Shown here in pieces: positions 1-9,329 of a stretch of 64,000 nucleotides of DNA (position 1 is the stretch's first letter; each line of letters begins with the position of its first letter). Under the pieces are notes generated by a model. That model made no database searches. It saw only the letters and a program-made list of their open reading frames with translations, and was not told the origin of the DNA. Source of the stretch: an uncultured Verrucomicrobiae bacterium (GTDB taxonomy: Bacteria; Verrucomicrobiota; Verrucomicrobiia; Chthoniobacterales; JAFAMB01); the NCBI GenBank assembly GCA_963762565.1, contig CAVXLD010000001.1:64001-128000 (forward strand). Reading direction: 5' to 3'. The translations under genes were made by a program, and so were the position numbers.

Positions 1-681
1 CTACCCGGCCAAGGTGATTCAGATCGTCCCGCCGATGGCTATGACACTTCGACGGTCGCGAAACGACTCGATCTCTTCCTGGCAGAGCTCGGAGTTGACC
101 GTTTCCATCTAGTTGGACACGACGTGGGCGCCTGGGTAGCGTTTACTTACGCTGCCACCTTCCGATCTAAAATCGAGACTCTTACATTGATCGATGCCGG
201 CATCCCCGGAGTCAGTCTTCGGCCTCAGATCGGACTACAAGAGGCACGTAATCGCTGGCATTTTCTGTTTCAGCAAATCCCGGAGTTAGCGGAATCCTTG
301 GTTGCCGGGCGCGAGCAAGCGTATATCACATGGTTCTTCCGAAGTAAGACGGCGCGCGCCAATGCCTTCACTGACGAAGATGTCAATGAGTATACCCGAG
401 TCTATTCTGCCCCGGGAGCCATGGCAGCCAGCTTCAAATTCTACGAGGCCGTTCCGGAGTCGATGGAACAGAACCGGGCCCTGGCCGAAAAGAAGTTCTC
501 TTTCCCAGTTCTAGCCATCGGAGGGGAAAAAGGTTCCACTCCAAAAATCGGTGATGATCTCCGCCCTATCGCGCCAAACACTCGCGGCGTCGTGTTTCCC
601 TGCGGTCATTTCGTCCCGGAAGAGGAGCCGGACCGATTGGTGCGAGAGTTAAAGACGTTCTTCAGAGCGGCAGGCCGGTAA
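1..681 (+). CDS. Alpha/beta hydrolase (epoxide hydrolase-like), 5'-truncated by window edge
   Basis: Frame open from base 1: LPGQGDSDRP...LVGHDVGAW nucleophile elbow, WHFLFQ, C-terminal CGHFVPEE catalytic His. Confidence 0.9.
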   Translation, partial: LPGQGDSDRPADGYDTSTVAKRLDLFLAELGVDRFHLVGHDVGAWVAFTYAATFRSKIETLTLIDAGIPGVSLRPQIGLQEARNRWHFLFQQIPELAESLVAGREQAYITWFFRSKTARANAFTDEDVNEYTRVYSAPGAMAASFKFYEAVPESMEQNRALAEKKFSFPVLAIGGEKGSTPKIGDDLRPIAPNTRGVVFPCGHFVPEEEPDRLVRELKTFFRAAGR

Positions 682-688
682 CGAGGAC

Positions 689-922
689 CGGTAGGGCGAA
701 AAACTCGGCGCGCCGGGGACTCTGATTGCTCTATGGTTTGTCCGCGCCGGTTTTGAGCCGCGCCGTGGACTTGGTAGCTCTCGAAATTTCTAACTACCCG
801 GAAGCCCAGAATAGATGCACGCGGAGGGCGAGAATATCCGCACGCCGCGGCTCAAAACCGGCGCGATCTAGCCGAGAGGTCTAGGGAGTACCGTTGGGCG
901 CGCCGAGTTTTTCGCCCTACCG
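689..922. repeat. REPIN-like palindromic element, family A
   Basis: 26-bp perfect IR cggtagggcgaaaaactcggcgcgcc (689-714 / 897-922), inner 20-bp IR (743-762 / 846-865); homologous copy at 56858-57084. Confidence 0.85.
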
Positions 923-945
923 TCTTTTTGTGCAACTATAGCGAG

Positions 946-1905
946 ATGAGAACGCGCCCCATCCCGCACACAAATCTTAATGCGTCGGTGCTTTGCCTCG
1001 GCACCGCCGAGTTTGGTTCGGCGGTCGACGAATCGACCTCTGAAAAAATCCTCGAGACGTATCTTGATGCCGGCGGAAACGTGTTAGACACCGCGGAGAT
1101 TTACGCCGCGTGGCTCCCTAACGGTGAACATCGGAGCGAGACCTTTCTCGGTAACTGGTTGCGAAAAAACAAAAACCGGGACCAACTGATTATTTCGACA
1201 AAAGGCGCACACCCGCGACTCGAAAGCATGGACAAACCCCGCATGTCCAAGGCGGTCGTAGAATCCGATCTAAATTCAAGTCTGGAGCGCCTCGGGATTG
1301 ATTGCGCCGACATTTACTGGTTGCACCGCGATGATCCGAGTACGCCAGCCGAGGAGGTCATCTCGATGCTGGAAGACTTTCGAAAAGCAGGAAAGATCCG
1401 GTACAGCGGGTTGTCCAACTGGACACAACCTCGTGCGGAAGCGGCTAGAGAGGCGGCCGAAAAGGTTGGTGCGGAGACTTTCATCGGAGTCCAGAATCAG
1501 TGGTGCTTAGCCAAAGCGGATGCGTCTAAAGGGGATCCAACCTGGGCTTATACCGATGATTCTTTTGCTAAATGGCATGCCCGTTATGACATCGCCGCGT
1601 TCCCGTATACGACTCAAGCAAATGGATATTTCCGACGGCTGGAAAACGGCACGCTCGATCAGGCTCCCGAATTGGTGAGGGCGCTGTTTGACAGTCCAGA
1701 AAACCGGGAGCGCTATAAGCGGGTCAAAACGCTTGAAGCTGAGACCGGGCTAGATCTCGGAGTAATCGTATTGGGGTATCTGCTCGGCCAACCATTCCCG
1801 GCCTTTCCGATCATAGGACCAAAGAGGAGTGCTGATCTCCTCGATTCACTCGAAGCGACGAAAGCAGAACTTAGCCCGGAAAACATCGCGTTCCTGACCG
1901 CTTGA
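946..1905 (+). CDS. Aldo/keto reductase
   Basis: LCLGT, GGNVLDTAEIY, IISTKG, DIYWLHRDD, GLSNW motifs; ATG at 946 preferred over 928. Confidence 0.92.
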   Translation: MRTRPIPHTNLNASVLCLGTAEFGSAVDESTSEKILETYLDAGGNVLDTAEIYAAWLPNGEHRSETFLGNWLRKNKNRDQLIISTKGAHPRLESMDKPRMSKAVVESDLNSSLERLGIDCADIYWLHRDDPSTPAEEVISMLEDFRKAGKIRYSGLSNWTQPRAEAAREAAEKVGAETFIGVQNQWCLAKADASKGDPTWAYTDDSFAKWHARYDIAAFPYTTQANGYFRRLENGTLDQAPELVRALFDSPENRERYKRVKTLEAETGLDLGVIVLGYLLGQPFPAFPIIGPKRSADLLDSLEATKAELSPENIAFLTA

Positions 1906-1945
1906 AAGTGAGAGGTGAGAAGTGAGAAGTGAGAGGTAATTGGTA
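1906..1945. repeat. (GTGAGAA/G)n heptamer arm abutting AKR stop codon
   Basis: aaagtgagaggtgagaagtgagaagtgagagg directly after TGA. Confidence 0.8.
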
Positions 1946-1977
1946 AGAGGCGAATAGTTGCGGCTGAAGCTCAAAGC

Positions 1978-2510
1978 TGGTGGGGCGAGGCTCCTGAAAG
2001 ACCCAAAGGCAGCACCAAGGTTTGGATGCGCCGACGCCCCGACGTGACACTAGGCCGGAAATTGCGCCGAGCCGCTGGTCTATAGTGTGGCTAGGCGGTG
2101 AGGCGTGGCACATCATGGGAGACGGCTCGGCAAACTTCCTGGCCTAACATCGCTCCGGACGTCGGATCATCTTATCCCTCCGATTAACGCTGTAAGCCGT
2201 TCGGAGGGTCCGTGGTCAAGACATAGGTAACAAATCATGGTCAAGACATGGATAACAGGTACATACAAAAAATGACTGGGGTGACTCGGAGATCCGCCCA
2301 GCTGGCCGACGGAGGTCAGCTGATAAAAATCGCATGCCGATCGTTCGCGAGAATCGTCGCTTCTGCCCCTCTCACACATTTCACCCTCAAAAAGGACAAC
2401 CAAAGGAACCATACATTTTTTGATTGCCCAAGAATAGGTATATAAAAAGCACATTTTCTCGACAAAGTGTTACCTATGTCTTGACCACGTTCAGGAGCCT
2501 CGCCCCACCA
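1978..2510. repeat. REPIN-like element, family B, carrying an inserted MITE-like segment
   Basis: Outer IR tggtggggcgaggctcctgaa / ttcaggagcctcgccccacca; inner gccgagccg...cggctcggc shared with copies at 50394 and 62282. Confidence 0.8.
2207..2493. mobile_element. Putative MITE (IS481-like ends), no transposase
   Basis: 22-bp perfect IR cgtggtcaagacataggtaaca (2211-2232 / 2468-2489), a second subterminal copy at 2238-2257, GGAG on both flanks as possible target duplication. Confidence 0.6.
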
Positions 2511-2519
2511 AATTTGTTC

Positions 2520-3494
2520 TCAGCTGAATCCAAACAGGCGTTCCGCGTTGCCGTGCGCGATCTTCTCCCTGTCCGACGCGCTGACCGGAAGTTGATCAAG
2601 AAACGCACGCGCTTGCGGCATCGACTGGTAAGGATAATCAGCGGAGAACATAATCCGATCGACTCCCACTTCGAGTAACAGGTTCAGAAAGGTCGCAGTA
2701 AAATTGAAACCGCTGATCGTGTAATGGACGTTTTCCCGAAGGTAAGCGCTGATCGGGCGCTGGAGCTTTGTTAGCGCCATCGCCATTACGTCGAGCCGCG
2801 GCAACATAAAGGGTAACCCCTCTCCCAAATGCCCAATTACAAGTTGCAGCTTCGGATATCGATCGAACACTCCGCCCAGAATGAGGCGAATGACATGCAC
2901 CGCAGTTTCGATGTGCCAGCCCCAGCCTGGACCGGCCAGCATCTCGTTCACTATTGGCGAAAACCCGCTGTACGATGCTTCGATTACAGGCTTTGGCGGT
3001 TGGGTTGGATGAAGATAGATCGGAACGTTCAGCGATTCAGCACGCTCGAGCAGCGGGTAGAAAAACTTATCATCCAAATAGCGGCCCCGATGGTGACCGT
3101 TGATAACGGCGCCTTTGAAGCCGTACCCATTTACCATCCGCTCCAATTCGTCAGCCGCTTTGTCCGGACAGGCGGTTGGCAGCGTGGCGAAGCCCGCGAG
3201 CCGAGAGGGATGTTTCTTAATTGCTGCGGCCAGAAAATCATTGGCATCGAGCGCCACGCTCACGGCATCGGCCTCTTCTAATTGTTCGGTGCCGGGGGAA
3301 GTCAGTGATAACACCTGCACGTTGATACCGGCGCCGTCCATCTCTGCTATTCGATCGTCGCCAACGTCAGTGAGCTGGGCCAGGAGCTTGGCGGCGCGAT
3401 CGCCGAATTGCTGTGCCCGGGCCCTGAGGTCTCGACCCGGGCCCTCCAAGAAAACCGACGTGGCGAAATGTTCTTCCAAGGTGATTCGTCGCAT
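2520..3494 (-). CDS. Amidohydrolase_2 family protein (aromatic acid decarboxylase-like)
   Basis: ITLEEHF, PIYLHP, IGHLGEGLPF, IMFSADYPY motifs. Confidence 0.9.
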   Translation of the reverse strand: MRRITLEEHFATSVFLEGPGRDLRARAQQFGDRAAKLLAQLTDVGDDRIAEMDGAGINVQVLSLTSPGTEQLEEADAVSVALDANDFLAAAIKKHPSRLAGFATLPTACPDKAADELERMVNGYGFKGAVINGHHRGRYLDDKFFYPLLERAESLNVPIYLHPTQPPKPVIEASYSGFSPIVNEMLAGPGWGWHIETAVHVIRLILGGVFDRYPKLQLVIGHLGEGLPFMLPRLDVMAMALTKLQRPISAYLRENVHYTISGFNFTATFLNLLLEVGVDRIMFSADYPYQSMPQARAFLDQLPVSASDREKIAHGNAERLFGFS

Positions 3495-3503
3495 GCTGAA
3501 GTC

Positions 3504-4397
3504 TTACTTCTCGAAATACCGCGGATGGTCAAGATCGGCAATTAACCCGGGCTGCTCTGGCTGCCAGCCTAGGACTTTGCGAGTTCGCTCGCTCGAGCTC
3601 GCAAGGTCCATTGCAGCGAAAAATGCGAACCACCCAAAATGCTTAGCGGCTTCATCGGCATTCAGGCTAACAACCGGCAGGTTGAGACGGCGGCCGATCA
3701 CCTGAGCGATTTCTTTGAAAAGAATCCCCTCTTCGGCAACCCCGTGGTACGGACCATTGACGGCGTTTTGCTCGAGCCCCAGCCGGTAGATACGGGCAGC
3801 GTCGAGGTGATGTACCGCAGGCCATCGGTTGAGTCCTTCGCCTACGTAGGCTGAAACACCCTTCTCACGCGCAAGAGCAATCATGTGGGGAACGAATCCA
3901 TGATCTCCGTCGCCATGCACGGTGGGAGCAAGACGGACAGTCGAAGCACGTACGCCGCGCTCCGCTAGCGAAATAGCCGTCTCCTCAGAGACGCGAGGAA
4001 ACGAGTTCGACCTCGGAACCGGCGCATCTTCCTCGGTCGCGATGCGGCCCTTCGCTAGGAGCGCGAGGCCGGACGATACGAGCAATGGTCGGTCGGAACC
4101 TTCCAGTACGCTACCCAGCGTCTCGATTGCGCGCCGGTCAGCCTCGCAGTTCTTCGCGAATCTCGAAAAATCGTGGTTAAAAGCAGTGTGAATCACGCCA
4201 TCCGAGTTGGCGGCTCCGGTGCGTAAGCTTTTTAAGTCTTCAACATCACCTCGATGCACCTCAGCGCCGGCCGCGGCAAGAGACTTAGCACCCGCATCTG
4301 AGCGCGCGAGGCCGACTACCTGGTGCCCCCCATTTAGCAATTCCTGAACAACAGCAGAACCGACGAACCCTGTAGCCCCAGTAACAAAAACACGCAT
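3504..4397 (-). CDS. NAD-dependent epimerase/dehydratase (atypical SDR)
   Basis: [13 protein letters not shown]ossmann motif, [10 protein letters not shown]. Confidence 0.92.
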   Translation of the reverse strand: MRVFVTGATGFVGSAVVQELLNGGHQVVGLARSDAGAKSLAAAGAEVHRGDVEDLKSLRTGAANSDGVIHTAFNHDFSRFAKNCEADRRAIETLGSVLEGSDRPLLVSSGLALLAKGRIATEEDAPVPRSNSFPRVSEETAISLAERGVRASTVRLAPTVHGDGDHGFVPHMIALAREKGVSAYVGEGLNRWPAVHHLDAARIYRLGLEQNAVNGPYHGVAEEGILFKEIAQVIGRRLNLPVVSLNADEAAKHFGWFAFFAAMDLASSSERTRKVLGWQPEQPGLIADLDHPRYFEK

Positions 4398-4552
4398 ACT
4401 CTGATTTCCTTTTCTAGGTTAATGATTACGGAGTCACTATGCCGTCTCCTTGTCCTCCCGTAAATCCACGGAAGTCCAAACTTATTGCCTAATCGTCCAA
4501 GAAGTGCTTTCGTTGTTTCTTAGACTCAGACTCCGGTCCGAGCATAGACTTC

Positions 4553-5452
4553 ATGAACACCTTTCGAGATAGCCTCTTAAACACGGTTAAATTCTTTTCT
4601 TCAGTTGAAGGACTAAACGCAACATCTGTTCCTGGTGTTTATTGCCTAAAAATCTCTCACCCGCACGATTTTATGAGAAGCCGCTGGCGTGCGTGTTTGG
4701 CTCTTATCGCGCAAGGTCGCAAGGAAATCGTTCTCGAGCGCGACGTTTACCGCTGCGACGAAAAGCATTACACCGCTACTCTGGTTGATCTCCCTGTGGT
4801 TAGCAGGGTCGCCTCGGCCTCGCCCCAGAAACCGTTTCTAGCTATGCTGATCGACTTGGATCCGATGATCCTAAGCGAAACCGCGGCTCAACCAAGCGAG
4901 GACAACCACGGAGAATCGGGGCAATCTTTGCGCGCTGTTTTCATTGGAGAAACGAGGGACGAAATGCTGGAAGGCGCCTTTCGACTGGGAAAGCTGTTTC
5001 ACACGCCCGAAGACGCGCGCGTGCTTGGCCCCTTAGTCGTCAGGGAAATGATTTATCATCTCCTGAAAGGGTCGGATGGAAACGCGATTCGGCGTTTTGT
5101 TCGTTCAGGAAGCAAAACGCACATTATCTCTCAATGCATCTATGGGCTGCAATCGGAGCTTACCCATGATGTTGATGTTCCCGCACTAGCAAAGGCGGCC
5201 CGTATGAGCCGGTCCGCTTTCTTTAAACATTTCAAAGAGGTTACGGCGATGAGCCCGATTCAGTATCAAAAGCGTCTCCGATTGCTGGAGGCCAGACGAC
5301 TTATGGTCGATGGAGGTGAAACCGCCGAAGCTTCAGCCTTCAAAGTTGGGTATAAAAGCGCATCCCACTTTAGTCGCGAGTATTCACGGATGTTCGGGGA
5401 CTCTCCCTTACGGGATGCAGCGAAGGTGAGGTCGACGGTTATTCGGGCTTAA
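4553..5452 (+). CDS. AraC family transcriptional regulator (AraC_N/YqhC-like), divergent from SDR gene
   Basis: C-terminal MSRSAFFKHFKEVTAMSPIQYQKRLRL...VGYKSASHFSREYSRMFG double HTH. Confidence 0.93.
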   Translation: MNTFRDSLLNTVKFFSSVEGLNATSVPGVYCLKISHPHDFMRSRWRACLALIAQGRKEIVLERDVYRCDEKHYTATLVDLPVVSRVASASPQKPFLAMLIDLDPMILSETAAQPSEDNHGESGQSLRAVFIGETRDEMLEGAFRLGKLFHTPEDARVLGPLVVREMIYHLLKGSDGNAIRRFVRSGSKTHIISQCIYGLQSELTHDVDVPALAKAARMSRSAFFKHFKEVTAMSPIQYQKRLRLLEARRLMVDGGETAEASAFKVGYKSASHFSREYSRMFGDSPLRDAAKVRSTVIRA

Positions 5453-5510
5453 TTCAGATCGAACCCGAAAATCGCAACACGCCGACCCGGTAACCAAAAT
5501 CAAGACGGCT

Positions 5511-5725
5511 CAACCGCAGATTAACGCAGATGTACGCAGATTTTTTCCACTTAAAGACAACACGCGGCGACACTAAAAGCCCAGTACAGGAGCGATATTC
5601 GTATCTCCTTGCCGGTAAGCGAATCCAAAGAAGTAATCTGTGCGATCTGCGGATCATCTATCTGCGTCAATCTGCGGTTGGACCGATTGTTCTCTGCTTC
5701 GCGTTGATTCATGTCCATTCGCGGT
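5511..5725. repeat. Inverted nonamer arms ((A)CGCAGATT-type)
   Basis: aaccgcagattaacgcagatgtacgcagattttt ... aatctgtgcgatctgcgg...atctgcgtcaatctgcggtt; same family nested at 32148-32299. Confidence 0.75.
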
Positions 5726-5758
5726 CACCGGGAAAAAGGCGCCTGGGACTAACTGCGG

Positions 5759-5956
5759 CTACGTGTTCGAGCGCAACTCGAGTCGTTCGTCCCATCGCGT
5801 GCCCAACATCTGCTCAAAGAACGAGATCGATACTTCGCTCACCGCTTCCGGCTCCACGTTATCGACTTCGTGAGGCGTGGTTCCCGTTTCCTTTAGGTGC
5901 TGCTTGTAGATTTCCTGGCGCACCCGGTATTCCTTCCAACGTACTGATTCACTCAT
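5759..5956 (-). CDS. Small hypothetical protein (65 aa)
   Basis: ATG-started ORF MSESVRWKEYRVRQEIYKQHL... with an upstream AAGGA; no family recognised. Confidence 0.45.
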   Translation of the reverse strand: MSESVRWKEYRVRQEIYKQHLKETGTTPHEVDNVEPEAVSEVSISFFEQMLGTRWDERLELRSNT

Positions 5957-6040
5957 AGTCACATCCTTTTGTGCATGCCTGCTCACCTACGCTCGGCCTC
6001 CGTTAGAATGCCGGAGCGCCGAATCGACGATTGAATTGCA

Positions 6041-6091
6041 TGCAAGCAAGTACTTGCACTCGATTTGCGCGATTGCAAGCGGATACTTGCA
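6041..6091. promoter_or_regulatory. Tandem palindromic operator pair TGCAAG-N6-CTTGCA
   Basis: TGCAAGCAAGTACTTGCA (6041-6058) and TGCAAGCGGATACTTGCA (6074-6091), 33 bp apart. Confidence 0.5.
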
Positions 6092-6342
6092 ATTATTCGA
6101 GATTTTGCCCATTTCTTTGATGACGTGTATAACAAACCAGGAAACGCCAGCCTTGTCTCCGACTTGGAATTTCCGAAATCAGCGTGTTTGCCGCCGCCAT
6201 CCCCGGCTCGGCCATGCTGCTTCATTAATTTGCCGGGTGAACCGTGGATGTGGTACGCGAATAGCCGGTTACGTTTTGGAGCCTCGCCCTACCAAAGTCG
6301 AGGACGAGGACGACCAGGCTGGCGAAGCTACCGTATGTTCAA

Positions 6343-6837
6343 ATGAATTGGTGCATTTTCAGCCCAGACCGGGTTTACCGGTACGTTTTACGGCGCCAAT
6401 GGCACAGCGGCACCTCCGAAGCTCCGAGGCGGATCGCTTGGATCGGACTAAACCCAAGTACCGCGGATGAAGTTACTCTCGATCAAACCTTGGCGGCTGT
6501 ATGCCGATACTCGAGAAACTGGGGCTTCTCCGATGTGGTAATGCTGAACCTGTTCGCGTTTCGCGCCACTGATCCTCGCGACCTGAAACGCGCCAGCGAT
6601 CCAATCGGACCTGACAACGACCAACATCTGCTAACCGAGGTTCGTAACGTTGAGCGGGTAATCGCCTGCTGGGGCGACCAGGGCAGATTTCTTGGGCGAG
6701 ACCGACACGTGTCGGATCTACTAGGCGTTTCGTTTGGATGTCTGCTCCAAAACAGGAGCGGAGCGCCCCATCACCCCCTATATCTAAAGTCCAGAATCAA
6801 GCCTAAGCCGTTCGGATTACATCAAACTCGAAACTGA
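6343..6837 (+). CDS. DUF1643 domain protein
   Basis: YRYVLRRQW, WIGLNPSTAD, NLFAFRATDP, PIGPDND, HPLY motifs. Confidence 0.88.
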   Translation: MNWCIFSPDRVYRYVLRRQWHSGTSEAPRRIAWIGLNPSTADEVTLDQTLAAVCRYSRNWGFSDVVMLNLFAFRATDPRDLKRASDPIGPDNDQHLLTEVRNVERVIACWGDQGRFLGRDRHVSDLLGVSFGCLLQNRSGAPHHPLYLKSRIKPKPFGLHQTRN

Positions 6838-6962
6838 GCGACCATTCCGATCCCTAATAGACAGAACAGGATCGTCGCCAGCAAGCCATACAACAACACA
6901 ACAAACCGAATCATTCTTCCCTTCCTATTGCGAAAACCTGCGACGACTTGGCAGGATTTGCA

Positions 6963-7161
6963 AGAGGAAGAGGAGTTCAATAAGTCCAAGGAGTACGAGG
7001 AGTATGAGGAGTATGAGGAGTTCAAGGAGACGGCATTCGGACGCTCTGGGGGAAGGACTCGCACCAGGCTGTCATTATGCTTGCAATCCTTGAGCTCCTT
7101 GAGCTCCTTGAACTCCTTAACTCCTTGAACTCCTTGAACTCCTTAGCTCCTTGAACTCCTT
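6963..7161. repeat. Inverted nonamer arms (GGAGTTCAA / CTCCTTGAA-type)
   Basis: gaggagttcaa...ggagtatgaggagttcaaggag ... (ctccttgaa)n variants. Confidence 0.85.
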
Positions 7162-7166
7162 GGACG

Positions 7167-8297
7167 CTACCGCTTTGCTAGCCAATCGCGCATCGCATCA
7201 AGCCCAGCCGGCACGTAAGATCTTGCGTAACCAATTCGGAAACGATCCTCCGGTAGCGGTGTAAGGTCTGACTGAAAGATGCTCGCCGGCAAAAGCAATA
7301 CGTTTGCTTCCTCGACTAACCGGCGCGCGAATGTTTCTACGCCATCAGCGCCTTTATAGCGTGGATATCCGACAGTGCCGGCGTCCGGTGTATCCCATTC
7401 AAATAGATCCGGAAACTCCGTGAAAAACTCGCCTACGCATTTGAGGTTAGCGTTGATCAGCGTCCGGTTACGATCAAGAATCCGCTCCTTCGCTCCGAGG
7501 GCGATAACGGCTAGAGCTTCACCGGGACCTGAGTTACAGATGGAGAGATAGTGTTTAATCCTCTCCATCCGCTGTAACAGGTCGCGGTCCTGAGCGGCAA
7601 CCCAGCCAATGCGTAGTCCAGACAAACCGTAAACCTTAGAAACCACACTAACCGAGAGACCCCGCTCATAATGATCAACCGCTGCAGGCAATCGAAGCGC
7701 CGGCGAACGCTCAATCAGCCGATAGACTTCGTCGGACAATAGCCATATGCCATGCGCACGGCAGATCTTGATCAGCTCGTCAAACTCCGCTGGAGACGGC
7801 AACTTACCAGTCGGATTGTTGGGAAAGTTAATCGCAATCAGCTTGGTGTTGGGCTTAATGCGATGGCGAACTTCATTGAGGTCGAGTTTCCACCCGTCAT
7901 CTGCATGCAGGCTGACACCGGTGACCGCGGATAGCGATAGGGTAATCGTCTCAAGTGACTGATAAGTCGGTGTGACGACGATGGCGTGGTCATCGGGTCC
8001 CAGCAAGGCGTGCAAGGCGACGTAAATGGCTTCCCCGCCACCTGCGAAAGCAAGCACGTTCTCCGCGGACACGGCCGAGTGGGTGGAGGCGACGGCGTGG
8101 CGCAGCGCTTCGCCGCCGAAGGTAGGAGTGTAACCCAGCCATAACCGCTCGAATGCCTCGCGATCGTCTGGGGCAGCCAAGCTCAGTAACTCCGCCAATG
8201 ACATGCTCTCGGCGTCTGACGCGGTCATATGAAATCGAGCGGCAAATTCCCAGCGAGCGAGATAGGTCTCGAGACGAAAATCGGGCAGGAGTGACAT
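7167..8297 (-). CDS. PLP-dependent aminotransferase class I/II
   Basis: INFPNNPTG, LLSDEVY, SKVYGLSGLRIGW (PLP lysine). Confidence 0.92.
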   Translation of the reverse strand: MSLLPDFRLETYLARWEFAARFHMTASDAESMSLAELLSLAAPDDREAFERLWLGYTPTFGGEALRHAVASTHSAVSAENVLAFAGGGEAIYVALHALLGPDDHAIVVTPTYQSLETITLSLSAVTGVSLHADDGWKLDLNEVRHRIKPNTKLIAINFPNNPTGKLPSPAEFDELIKICRAHGIWLLSDEVYRLIERSPALRLPAAVDHYERGLSVSVVSKVYGLSGLRIGWVAAQDRDLLQRMERIKHYLSICNSGPGEALAVIALGAKERILDRNRTLINANLKCVGEFFTEFPDLFEWDTPDAGTVGYPRYKGADGVETFARRLVEEANVLLLPASIFQSDLTPLPEDRFRIGYARSYVPAGLDAMRDWLAKR

Positions 8298-8298
8298 A

Positions 8299-8620
8299 GG
8301 TGATTGGTGAATGGTGATTGGTGATTAGTGATTAGTGATTAGTGGCGGCATCAGTAATCAGTAAGCAGTAGATCAGTAATCAGTGAAAGAAAGGGGGCGA
8401 CGCGGGGTTTATCTTTCAGAGAAAAATCGCGGTTCACATCTCCAATCGTTGACAAATCTCGAAACGCGTTGGCAGCGCACGATATCACCAATCACCAATC
8501 ACCAATCACCAATCACCAATCACCAATCACCAATCACCAATCACCAATCACCAATCACCAATCACCAATCACCAATCACCAATCACCAATCACCAATCAC
8601 GAATCACAATCACTCCATCA
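8299..8620. repeat. Inverted heptamer arms (GGTGATT)n ... (AATCACC)n
   Basis: Left arm 8299-8345 abuts the aminotransferase ATG; right arm about 16 near-perfect units at 8484-8620. Confidence 0.95.
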
Positions 8621-8839
8621 CTACTCTGGATACTCGGTTCACGAGACGAAGGTGCCACCGTCAGGGTCTGTTGGTACCCGAGACATGCTGCCATGCCCTG
8701 GCCAGTTCCATTTGCTTGTGGGCGGTGACAGAGACTCCGAGAGACCATAACCCCCTTCCCTTGTACATGGACCTCCAGGCTCTGATGCGTGACCTTTGGC
8801 GCCGAAGCGAACGTTTAGTGTATAATTCTTGAGAGATTC

Positions 8840-9238
8840 TCAACGACCCTTCTTCTCGTTCGCTGCGACTCGCGCTTTTACGATTTTCCTAAGCAGCGCG
8901 CGGGTAACGGCTTGTCTAAGGGGAAATGGATTGTTCCTTTCGCGACTGGATAGCGCTTCAGTTCATCCTTGAAGGTTTCCATAATTCCAGGCCCAGGAAA
9001 CAAACTACAATGGTCCGAGAACGCGGCGAACCAAACTAACACTCCCTTATACTTGATGCCGGGATCCGGTAACTAATGGCCTCGGTCGCCTCAGGCGGCA
9101 CAACGGAACGGATGACGGCACGGATCTGCTCCAACGTGCTGCGACCCGGTTCCGAACGCCGCCCAGATATTCATCAATACTCTTGGGCGCCTCCCGCTTT
9201 CTCCGGCGCTTTGCGACGATAGGCTTCACCGGTTTCAC
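8840..9238 (-). pseudogene. DUF1801/YdhG-like protein with three 1-bp frameshifts
   Basis: Joining frames gives PKSIDEYL..V(P)EPGRSTLEQIRAVIRSVVPPEATEAISYRIPA(F)KYKGVLVWFAAFSDHCSLFP...KGTIHFPLDKPLP..LLRKIVKARVAANEKKGR*. Confidence 0.8.
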
Positions 9239-9329
9239 AAAAGAGGTTTTTGTCTCATCTGCGGCCTGAGCCCCTGTGAAATGCCCGCCGCGGAGGGAAG
9301 GGGGGGGCTTTGTTTAACTGCCCCAGAGG

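Noticed and set aside
2829..3705. Long antisense/overlapping ORFs (also 47484-48209, 59410-60048, 63003-63548)
   Set aside because: Shadow frames of well-supported genes with no motifs
6822..7128. Glu/Tyr-rich and Ser-rich ORFs
   Set aside because: Derived from nonamer arms; only a ~30-aa hydrophobic tail (MIRFVVLL...) is non-repetitive and it is unsupported
8383..8832. ORFs with (ITNHQSP)n repeats, also 46772-47112
   Set aside because: Translations of the (AATCACC)n array; the same peptide appears in several frames
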